A stretch of DNA of 64,000 bases, from assembly GCF_002113885.1 (NCBI RefSeq), contig NW_018405300.1, positions 320,883 to 384,882 of the forward strand, given 5' to 3'. The stretch comes from Mizuhopecten yessoensis (lineage: Eukaryota). The position numbers and the translations under genes are program-made. Below are positions 13,601 to 24,000 of this stretch, in pieces; the stretch's first letter is position 1; each line of letters starts with the position of its first letter. The notes under the pieces were generated by a model, which was given only the letters and a program-made list of their open reading frames with translations, did not search any database and was not told where the DNA came from.

Positions 13601-16600
13601 TTTGAAACAGAATTAACATTGTAACTTGTTTGAGCAAATATGCAAATATATAATTCACTCAGATATAATTTGTCTTTTAGAAACTATCATTTTCATTTTT
13701 TGTTATAATTTCTTGTTGACAAAAACAAAATCATTCTTTTAGTTCTGTGTAACTGTGAAAGAAATTAAGCATAAACATATCCTTTAATATTCAGGCCTCT
13801 AAAGGAGCCAGCATTTATATTATCTTCATACAGAACATTCTGTGTTATTGTACTTCTGAACTGATGTTATATAAACATAAATACCTCTGTTACCTTAGAT
13901 TTATCCTGTGTATCCTGTTCTTCTTGCATGCTAGGATCACAGCAAACCTTGGTTAAAGTAGGAAAGCCAAGTGTTGTAAGAAAAGCCAAGCATTAAATCA
14001 ATATAGATTCACAAGCAGAAAAAGACTTACAGGGTAATTATAATATAACTGTTAAATGTGTTATATTAAAAACTATGTAAACTAAAGGTTATAAACAGAT
14101 AAAATAGTACAGTATCGTATACATTCTACAGAGGTTGGAAGTTTTAAATAAATGCAAATATGTCTGTGATTATTATACTGCTGTGTGTGTTTCAAGCATA
14201 CTAAAGATTCTGTAAGTAAATAACTCTGAAGACAGCTTATACTCATAACCCCAAATTGCTCCAACTTCTAATTGTATGTGACTATCAAACTACAAAGGAG
14301 AACTTGTTATACACTTTTTCAATATTGTGATTGCCAAACTAAAAGTCATTCATCTTTGGTTTTGATTGATGTTATGTGACATCATGAAGTATCTTGATTT
14401 TGTAATTGATGTTACAAATGACAACATTTTCAGAACTTCCTCAAAACAAATCATATCAGCCAGGGATTACACTGTCAAATCATATCAGCCAGGTAGCACA
14501 CTGTCAAATCATATCAGCCAGGGATTATACTGTCAAATCAGGTCAGCCAGGTATTATACTGTCAAATCATATCAGCCAGGGATTACACTGTCAAATCATA
14601 TCAGCCAGGTAGCACACTGTCAAATCATATCAGCCAGGGATTATACTGTCAAATCAGGTCAGCCAGGTATTATACTGTCAAATCATATCAGCCAGGGATT
14701 ACACTGTCAAATCATATCAGCCAGGTAGCACACTGTCAAATCATATCAGCCAGGGATTACACTGTCAAATCAGGTCAGCCAGGTATTATACTGTCAAATC
14801 ATATCAGCCAGGGATTACACTGTCAAATCATATCAGCCAGGGATTATACTGTCAAATCATATCTGCCAGGGATTATACTGTCAAATCAGGTCAGCCAGGG
14901 ATTATACTGTCAAATCATTTCAGCCAGGTATCACACTGTCAAATCAGGTCAGCCAGGGATTATACTGTCAAATCAGGTCAGCCAGGTATTACACTGTCAA
15001 ATCAAGTCAGCCAGGTATTACACTGTCAAATCAGGTCAGCCAGGTATTACACTGTCAAATCATATCAGCCAGGTATTACACTGTCAAATCAAGTCAGCCA
15101 GGTATCACACTGTCAAATCTTATCAGCTAGATATTACACTGTCAAATCAAGTCAGCCAGGTAGCACACTGTCAAATCATATCAGCCAGGTATTACACTGT
15201 CAAATCATATCAGCCAGGGAGTATACTGTCAAATCAGGTCAGCCAGGTATTAAACTGTCAAATCATATCAGCAAGGTATAACACTGTCAAAATAGGTCAG
15301 CCAGGAATAACATTGTCAACTAAGTTCAGTCTTGACTGCATTTAATAAACAGTAATTAATGTTATAGTTTCACATTTATTTATGAAAATAACAAGCGTTT
15401 ATTTTTTTATTTTTTGGTAACCCATCATCACAAAAATGGTTCTACACAGCCACGCAGTTAAAAATTGGTGATAGATATATCGGTAACCTCTTAAAACTAT
15501 GAATCTAAAAAAGATACATGTATAATGAAAATTGTGATGTAGATCTCAGCATTTCATCAGGTCCCAAAATATAGTGATACTTATTAGCAGCAGGTACTAA
15601 TCTGGCAAAATATTTGTTCTTAATGAAACAAGGCTGGTGCATTTCCTATGCATCTAGAATATAATATGAGTTGTATTATTAGCAATATATTAAATATTTA
15701 AGAGACTATCTATGTGATAAATGTTTCTTATAAATATTGTTACAATGGAATTATAGGAAAGTTATATACATCTCACCTGTTGATCAAGGTACTGCACAAC
15801 TCCGTTGCAATAGACATCCAGTTCACGTTGAAAAGTTCTCAAGTCAAGGCAATAATAAAGTGTAATACTTGTCCTTGAAGTAGATTTCAGCAAAAATATT
15901 TACATCATACTCTAGAGTTCAGAGTCAAATATCACGCATTAAAGCTTTATAAAACTACTCTTTATTTGAACGGATTACAACATCATAAGTCTTTGTTCAA
16001 GTAAGATCCCTGGTCAGCACTAGATAATGTCTGTCAGACATGCATGCCTCCACAATCATGTAAAACAAGTCAACTGTTTGACACTTTTCTACATCTTATA
16101 GTAGACCTTTGAAAAATGAAGTGTGTGGAATTATTAAATATTTTTAATGTCTATAGAACCCTGAAATACAAATTCCTACAAGGCATTCTCATACTCTCAC
16201 ATTCTGACCTCTGTATGGAGTTTTGATAAATATCCATTAAGAAATAAAGTTGTTATGTAGGGATAATGGATGCGTGTGTTGAAGATTATCTCCCTTCTCA
16301 TATAAACCATTTTTTTTCTATGTCACCCTGGTAAAATACTAGCTGCTTCCTACTGTGTTGGCTAAGGAGAATTTCTATTTAGCTCATTCAGTAGAGCATA
16401 AGACTAGTAAACCAGAGGACCCAGGTTTGACTCCTAGCGCAAAATATATAACCCCTGTTACATTGGCGCCCACGTAAGGACTCAGGAGATATGACAAAAA
16501 TACTCGTCGATATTTGCAAAAGAATCGCCATGACCCCTTGGAAACTCGGGAAGAGTTATTTCCTAGAGGGGGAGTAGGTCACTCTGGTAAACTACTAGCC

Positions 16601-19600
16601 GCTTCCTACCGTCTCGGCTAAGGAGAATTTCTCTTTAACTTATTCGGTAGAGCATAAGACTAGTAAACCAAAGGTCCCGGGTTCAAATCCTAGCGGAGGC
16701 AATGAAAAAATTAATGACCCCTGTTACATCTTTAAATCAGGAGCAGGAAAATAGAAGCAGAAAAAAATATATGCACTAAGCAACAGACTGAAAGGATATT
16801 AGTCCAAACTGTTTTTCTGTAGCGCCATGAAACAGACAATGTACTTCCTTTGTTGCGGGTCAGGTGTATTGTCACCGTTGACCACCAGCTGTTTCTCCTC
16901 CACATTCTCCAGCATACAATAGTAACAGGAGAAACTGGTCTTCACATCGTCATCTGACCTGTATTCAAAACACGATAGGATTAGCAACACTTTCTGACAT
17001 CAAGAATAAACAATGTGTTATAACCAATACTATTAACATGAAGACTATGATTATTTAATACTGTACATATATTTAGTTTTGATGACCATTACTTTACCTT
17101 TCTAGTCAATTACAGTATTACTTATTCTTTATAACAGTACAAGGATTCCCCAGTAACTTACCTGTATTCCATGGAGGATATGGATCCAGTATCACTATAA
17201 ACCAAATTCTTCATCAATTTCTGACCGATGAATTTCCGAAGTTCAGTCTCAACAGATGCATCCAAATCAGTAGATAACACAGACAAACTATGAAGAAAAC
17301 AGAACCATAGTTTGACAAAATGAAAAGTAAAACTGTGTTTTGGATATTTACTTTCAAATATAAATATAATGCACCAGATGAGTAAAAGGAATTAGTGACC
17401 TTAGGCAAAACTTGTGTATTCATAGTTTGGAAAAGCAGGAATTGTACACAATTCTGTAATGGGATTTCATTTTGTCAAACACACCAAACTTTATCATTAA
17501 CATATTTGTACATGCGTTACTTTCAAACACACAGGTGATTAAGACAGGGATACACTAATTAACAGTCAAACTGATGAAAAACCAGATATGATACGAAGTA
17601 GATCTAAAAACTGCAGCTTAAACTGAATTTCGAGTTGCTAAGGCAACATGATGAGAACATTTTTAAAACTTGCATACATTTTTAGTTTAATCAAATTCAA
17701 ATTAAAAACATATTGTGTTCAAAACTTTTATTGTGTTCAAAACATTAACTAGCTAAAGAGAAATAAATTACCCAATGAGAGTATGATTTAACTTTAAAGT
17801 AAATATTTTACAATAACGACAAAGTTCACCTTAGCTTCAGTTGATGTGTATTGTACACGCTTACTTAGTTTTATCAAAATTGAATGATACTTCAGCAAAT
17901 TATCTTACATAACACCAAAGTGTAGATGGATGGATGGATGGATGGACAGACAAAAGGACGGATGTACACTTTCCCCATACCAAAATACATCCCATAAAAA
18001 TGTTGACAGGCATATAGATACATTCTGAATGCAGCATACGGGTATAAGATTTGTAACTGCAAAATTGTCACAGTATTTCCACTTTTCCATTTTATATTTG
18101 AATCCTTTTGAACACTTTGATTAACCAGTAAATTGAAACAAAAATGATATTGAAAGTATTGTGTACAATAATTCTATTTAAGAAAAGATCTGGTGTTTAC
18201 CAACCAATTTGTACACATTATTTGATATGTGACTCACCTAACATTGCTGTCAGTCTGACTGTTCTCTGATGCTATACTCTCAGTTTCGGAGTTTCTCTCT
18301 TCTCTACTCAACAAAAATACAATAATTCAAACTAATCCCTTAACATTAATACATTATATGATGAATTTAATATCAGAAGTACACATATAAATTAAATTCA
18401 AAAACATGACACAGATTCACTATCATTTCTGAATTTTGTAACTTATTTTACTGACCTATTCCATGGCAAATTTGTCAACATTTATGCTGTACTCTATTTT
18501 GTAAAAAAAGAAAATATTGTAATATACATTCCTGAGTTAAACAAATCATTAAAACTTTGTACATTGTATAAGACATGAGCATTTACTGCCTTCAATTTAA
18601 AAACTTACTTGTGTACATTACAAGAATACAGAGCAAAGTGTCTGTCAAAATCCCTTCCTTCTTCCTTCTGCTCCATGTCTGATGTGGCAGACTTCTCCTG
18701 CGACAAAAAGTTCTTACGCAATTCAGATTAACATGTTGCCATGGTTACGATTTTAATGTAAGAAAGTACAATATAGTGAGAATATTATAAACTCATAGTA
18801 TTTCTATCGTATATCATCCAACAAATTCATACCAATTATAAGTCACATCTATGACCAAATATTAAACAAAGCGTAGCTGAATCATGTCATTTCGGTACAT
18901 ATATAACAACTATTGTACATATGCTTACAGCATAGCTGAAATTGACATCAATTTTGTGGACAACTTGTACAAATTTTACACCTTTATGTGCATACGCTTC
19001 ACTGGTCATTTGTCTGATGAAGGTGAGTGTGCATATCGTACTAGTCATCGAAATGTCACATAGAAAATTGTATTAGTTAATTGTGTAAAAAGATCATTTA
19101 ATAATCCATGCTAACCAACCTGAAGAAAATGTTTAGAAATACAGGAGAGAGGAGAGAGGACTTCAAGGACCGGATAGGGGATATGAGCCTTAAATGAGTA
19201 TTTTTATGTGTCTTTGGTAGCAGAAATGTGTCTGTACTGTAGGTGTAAGGGTGTGCATGTCTTGTTCTTTAGTCTGTTGGTATGAGGATGGTGTTGGGAT
19301 CTTTTGCGTCATGATGGTGTATAATTTTGTATAATAGTATAAGTTTGGTTTGTAGTATGCATGTTTTTAGTGAGGATCTGTCTAGTCTTGTAGGGAGCTT
19401 GTATTGTTGTATTTGTTGTGTACGTATCAGGCTGCTCTGCATTGTATTGTCTCTATCTGGTTGATTTAATGTGTGTTGTGTGGGTCCCATAATTGATATA
19501 GAAGAGCAGTATTCCAGTTTGAATCTGACTATTGCTTTGTTTGCATGGTCTTTTATATGTTGTGAGTGTGTTTTTAGGTTGTATTTTAGAAATCCTAATG

Positions 19601-20668
19601 ATTTATTTGCATTGGAGGTGATGTTGTTGATGTGAATGTCCCTTTTGAAATTGTTCTAGTGTTAATCCTAGTTTTTTTACTGGAGTCTACTTGTTGTAAT
19701 ATGTGGTTTATACAGTTTGTCAGGACTTTAAAATTGTATTGTGTTTGTTTTTATGTTGAGATCATGTTGCACTTGTCAGGATTTCTTCAATGAATCATCA
19801 TATTTTCAATATCTAAATTATGTTATTGGGTGGTATGTTTTACCAAGTGGTGATCTAAACTTTAATAGGTATGTAACAGGAGAAAGAGAAATGCAACAGC
19901 CTGACCGGGGTTCGAACATGGGACCCTCCGAACACGAGAAGGACACTGTTCCAATTGAGCTTAATCAGCTGATCGAGGACAATCGACCCAGTCACTCCAG
20001 TTACCCTACATTCCCCATCCTTATCCTAAGTCTTCGCCTCTAAAGACAATACTTTTTACAACCCAGATTCGGATATGTCCTTGCTTTAAGCATTCACCAA
20101 TTCACCCAGTGCTTGAAACAAGGGCTCATGGCAAGCTCGCCAATTATGTAACAGGAGAAAGAGAAATGCAACGGCCTTACGCTCTAACAATTGGACTATC
20201 TGGTCGCCGATGATGGACCGTGTCCAGTTCCGGGTATAATATTACTCTCAAATATTACTGGTCAAAACATACCGTACTGTAACAAATTCTCATGTCCCTG
20301 TGATTAGGACGATCTAACCAGGAAACACATGGACATGAAAAAAACCACCGAAATAGTGCCGAGATAGTTTCTGATGTAATCAACGATCAACAGTATTTTC
20401 ATCTGATTTTGACATCAGCCTCCAAAACTTCAAATCAGTGAACTCATCTACAAACTTCTGATAACATATAACGCTCAGAGTATGTTGCTACGTGTCGAGG
20501 TCTTTTTTGGAAGGAGGGACAAGCAATCAATAGAATATCGTTAAATATGAAAACATGCACGAAAACAGCAAAACGTATATTGATTTAAGTATGGCAAAAT
20601 AATCCAATGAACTGTTCACTAACGTCAGAAGCCGCACTTGTGTTTTCTTCTGATCCGTTTTCTTCCAT
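7632..20668 (-). CDS. C17orf75: Protein Njmu-R1 (C17orf75 orthologue; WDR11-FAM91A1 complex subunit), 12 coding exons, 406 aa
   Basis: Exons in transcript order: 20668-20624, 18697-18609, 18303-18238, 17287-17162, 16958-16800, 15834-15777, 13391-13272, 12766-12702, 11773-11592, 10338-10238, 9701-9631, 7770-7632. All phases join into one 1221-nt ORF. Peptides SLSVLSTDLDASVETELRKFI, SCYYCML, YIVCF, FQRELDVY, FCEDWGK...IRHVLEAFKIK and INTLKRLLIQAEADYYALYKSYVFIKNSG match Njmu-R1 as recalled. Exon 1 is the least certain. Confidence 0.92.
8170..9568. repeat. Minisatellite of about 30 bp (AATGTACAGTAAATATTAACTCACATGTAT) in the last C17orf75 intron
   Basis: About 45 tandem units are directly visible. 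Confidence 0.96.
10014..10150. mobile_element. MITE with terminal inverted repeats of about 40 bp
   Basis: AGAGGACATCTAACAGTGTCTTCAGTAAAACCAAA at left is the near reverse complement of TTTGGTATTACTGGAGACACAGTTAGATGTCCTCT at right. Confidence 0.75.
10930..11620. repeat. Tandem array of 102-116-bp units that includes the 3' end of C17orf75 exon 9 and its splice donor
   Basis: About 6 copies. Minus-strand CCAGA(A/T)G|GTATG recurs with the donor G at 11591 (used), 11489, 11387, 11274, 11158 and 11046. Confidence 0.93.
14447..15325. repeat. 30-bp minisatellite (ACTGTCAAATCATATCAGCCAGGGATTACA) in a C17orf75 intron
   Basis: About 29 tandem units with recurring variant order. Confidence 0.96.
15835..16799 (-). 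other. U12-type (minor spliceosome) AT-AC intron, C17orf75 intron 5
   Basis: 5' site ATATCCTTT (16799-16791) and branch-like GCCTTGAC about 8 nt before the terminal AC (15836-15835). Splicing joins ...NSLD-Y-FQRELDVY in frame, whereas read-through hits TAA immediately. Confidence 0.93.
16321..16728 (+). mobile_element. TRIM (miniature LTR retrotransposon) with tRNA-Thr-like sequence in the LTRs (Helenus-type)
   Basis: Direct repeats 16321-16462 and 16577-16728 (TGTCAC...TGTTACA). PBS-like TGGCGCCCACGTAAGG (tRNA-Lys type) at 16464 and PPT AGAGGGGGAG at 16565-16574. Each LTR has an A-box (TAGCTCATTCAGTAGAGC), CTAGTAA and a B-box (GGTTCAAATCC). Flanks are TCTA/TCTT. Confidence 0.85.
19011..19060 (+). 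ncRNA. Minimal type I hammerhead ribozyme motif, Penelope-like element remnant
   Basis: TGT-CTGATGA-A-[GGTGA...TCATC stem II]-GAAA-TG-TC-ACA: catalytic core in the right order, with a 3-bp stem I (TGT/ACA). Confidence 0.6.
19150..19745 (-). mobile_element. Degenerate CR1/L2-group LINE fragment related to the element at 59890-61107
   Basis: Minus-strand frames give LILLYKIIHH...DPNTILIPTD and KKLGLTL, matching [10 protein letters not shown]...[10 protein letters not shown] and KYLGLTL in ORF 60088-60936. Confidence 0.75.
19872..20238 (-). mobile_element. TRIM with tRNA-like LTRs, second family (tRNA-Arg-type PBS)
   Basis: Direct repeats start TGTAACAGGAGAAAGAGAAATGCAAC at 19872 and 20147. 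On the minus strand: LTR end TGTTACA, then TAAT-TGGCGAGCTTGCCATGAG (PBS-like), PPT GATAAGGATGGGGAA before TGTAGGG (20010). The LTR carries AGCTCAATTGG and GTTCGAACCC boxes. Confidence 0.75.
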
Positions 20669-21013
20669 TCCTTCTTCATCAATGTTAAAGTAGCGTTTGA
20701 TTAGCGTTTCCATCAATGAAAACGTTGTGGCGATACTGATCTTGTTTAAAAAGCGCCATCTGTCATTTTTGAAACACGTGCAATTTGTAAACAAACTATC
20801 ACTGTTCGCTGAAGAGGATAGCTAGCAATACATTATCGCTGAAATATTCAAACAGCTATGATCAAGGACAACAAATCAAGAAAACCATAGAAGTAAATAA
20901 TAGCCGATCGCGAGACGGGGAAAGTCCATATACTGAATTTTAAGAGGTTTATCCGAGATAAGTTTCCGTCGTCTGCTACAAAAACCTGTTGAAAGCAGAC
21001 GACAGCTTCAGTA
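20669..21013. promoter_or_regulatory. Putative bidirectional promoter between C17orf75 and MEIOB
   Basis: Divergent start codons at 20668 (-) and 21014 (+), locally CpG-rich. Contains CGCCATCT (YY1-like), TCGCGAGA and an inverted pair GTCGTCTGCT/AGCAGACGAC (20968-21003). Confidence 0.65.
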
Positions 21014-24000
21014 ATGGCTTGGACTGGCAGGTTTTCTGATTTTGATAATGTTTCTCACAATGTGCAATCTTATGACCAGAGGGCAAAATATCCAAGAAAT
21101 GATGTGCTAAAGAATGCAGCTGTGACCAAACTGGAGGACTTGCATCCTGGAGTTACTAATCCTGTACGACATACAACCCCTAACTTGACTAAAATTCATG
21201 AGATTTTCATTTATTTTTATTTGTTTATTTACATGTATTTTTCATTGTTAAACGATTTATCATGCAATGACCAGATAAGTGTATCGCTGTATGTTCAAGT
21301 AGCTACCTAACAATATATTGAACAGAGACTTATAAAAGAGACTTATGAGATACAAAAATATATTGTGAATGGGAAAGATGAAAAACATAGACATACCTTC
21401 CAAAAAGACTGGGAAAAGTGGCAAAACCTTCTTGATATTCCATAAACCCCTCAATTTCATGATTTATATATAGAAAACCAATTAAGTGGTAACAGTAATA
21501 GATAGGAATATTCTAAGTATATTGAGCTGATATAATANATATGATGATGATGATAATTATATGTTGATGATGATATATATGAAATGATGACTGAAGATTT
21601 TGGATGATGATGGATTATGGCAATGATGATGATTGAATAAGTATATATGAAAGAGGATGAAGAAGATGATAAAGATAATGATGATGATGATGATATGTTG
21701 ATGATGATAGAATGATGACAATGAAATTGATTGTGATAATGCTTAATCCATGTCCGTGTGTGTATATGTGATACATGTGAGAATGCGTGAATGTCCTGTT
21801 TTTGTATATGTAATGAAAAACTTAGAAAAATAAAACCATTACAAAAAATATATTGAACAGATAGATATCCAACATAAACGATGCGAAGCGAAGGGATCTG
21901 TCTTTGATGAAAGTTTTTGTTAATAATTGGCCTATAATTTGTAATGATTTTTGTCCATACATGTTATGATGTATGGACAAAAATCATTACAAATTAAAAC
22001 TTCCTAATCAAAAGCACATTGCAGTACGATGCATGGAAATACATATGTTCATTATTCTTATGGTAGACTATTACAACTGAAAAAATAGTGAAATATACCG
22101 GCCTATTTATTCTATTTATGTGCTATGGATTTTATGTCTTCTCCTTTTTTCAGACAGTTGCTGGGATAATATTGACCAAGGACACCCCAAAGTGCATACA
22201 AAGCAAGAAAAGTTAGCATGCCTTGTTTTGGTTGTTATTATTTAGGGTTCTCGATGTTTTCTCCAGAACGTGAGATCGTGTACATACTCAGGTTCTTAAT
22301 TTTGAAACCACCAATGCATGCCCCTTTCCAACCTTACTCTGAGTAACGCGAACAAATATTCATGGCACATCCTACTGAATCAGATTTTGGACAAAAAAAC
22401 ATGAATTCTGGTTTCTCTTTTTTTATCAATACGATTTCTGGACATACAACAAGTTTGTTTAATTAATAGTTACCAGTAGCCATCATTTAGAAGAGGTATA
22501 TATCTTATATTCAAACCTATATACAAGAAGATCGGCCATCTTAAAGCATGAACCAATCCAATACAGTTAACTTCTGTGGAGAAAAAAACCTTTTAGACTG
22601 TAAACTTTGTACAGAATTATTGATTTTTAACCCTGTATTTTGTCAATCAAGGTGTTGCTGATGAAGGAAGATTTTACGTTTATGTACCTAAACCTTGTGA
22701 ATTTTCTCTAGACCCAGGCACTGAAAGGTACTTGCTGAGTTTTGTACTTAGAGATGCTCCGTCCTATTTTGTGAATGTCACATGCTGGGGAGCAGAACAT
22801 GGAATCAAAGACATTGCAGCAAAGTTTGCCATTTCAGACATTGGTAATATCTATAATATAGTATCCTTGTAAAAAGATCGATTTTGTTTTATAAACCTTT
22901 GTTTCACTGCAACATATTTATATAAAAATAAAGACGTTTTAAAATCAAATATCAAGTCATCTACAATAAGCATCATTATTGCAGATGACTGGATTTTTAG
23001 TTACGTCAAAGCGTATGAGTTAGTGTACGAGTCTACGAGAGTTGGTTTCGATGAAAAGGTCAGGTACAAACGTTTTTCGTTTCAAATTAGCCACCTTTTA
23101 AAATTCTTCATTTAGTACAATATGTTTCGAATTTGTTACCTATTTGTTCAATTTCTATATTGCAGTTCAGCTCACTAATGTACAAGTTCAACCTAAAACT
23201 TATGATGGCTATGAAGATAAGTTCAAGCCCTCAACACCGATGTAAGTTAAGTTCATGTTATTTTATTGACACACTATAGAAATTGATGAATGCTCTTCAG
23301 CATAATTAGGTTGTTTGCCATTTTCTTTTAAAGGTCGTTCAACATTACATTTAGTGAAAATCATTCCAACATTGACCGTTACATTGGACCAGACGATGAC
23401 CGTTTCCGGAGATTACAAAATGTTCCGATCAAAGCCAATAATGACTACTACATTCTGGAGGATGTTATTGCACATGGTCAGAGTCTAAGTGGGGAACATA
23501 TCAATCTTCTTGCTGTAGTCAAAAAGGTAAATATTTTAGAATTAACATTGATTTTTGACAATAGCGTAACTTCCAGGTCAGGATAACAGCTTTATTCAAA
23601 ATCGTTACATTTCCAGGCAGTTCAACCCGAAATGTTAGAACAAGTATAAAGTCATTTATCTATTCCGTTGCAACAAAGACTATAGACTGAACAACTTCAC
23701 TTTGATGAAAGTTGATTCCAAGGGAGAGGGAAGCCAAAAATTGTTTAATATACTGTACATTTCAACAAGTTTGTTGATCTGTTTTTTTGTATAATTACAG
23801 GTAGGACCAGTGAAGGACATCACTACCAAAACAGGGAAAAAGACGAAGAGATGCGAACTGAAATTGATGGATGAAACATGCTCCTCGTTTGCCTTGATTT
23901 TGTAAAACAATTTGAATTAAAATGTTGTAAAATAAGTTAACAATAAAAAAAAAGTGAGGAATATTATAAAAATATTAAAAGCACATATTTCCGGGATTAT

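Noticed and set aside
16370-16702. Functional tRNA-Thr genes
   Set aside because: Acceptor and anticodon stems pair poorly, and both copies lie within LTR-like direct repeats with PBS and PPT.
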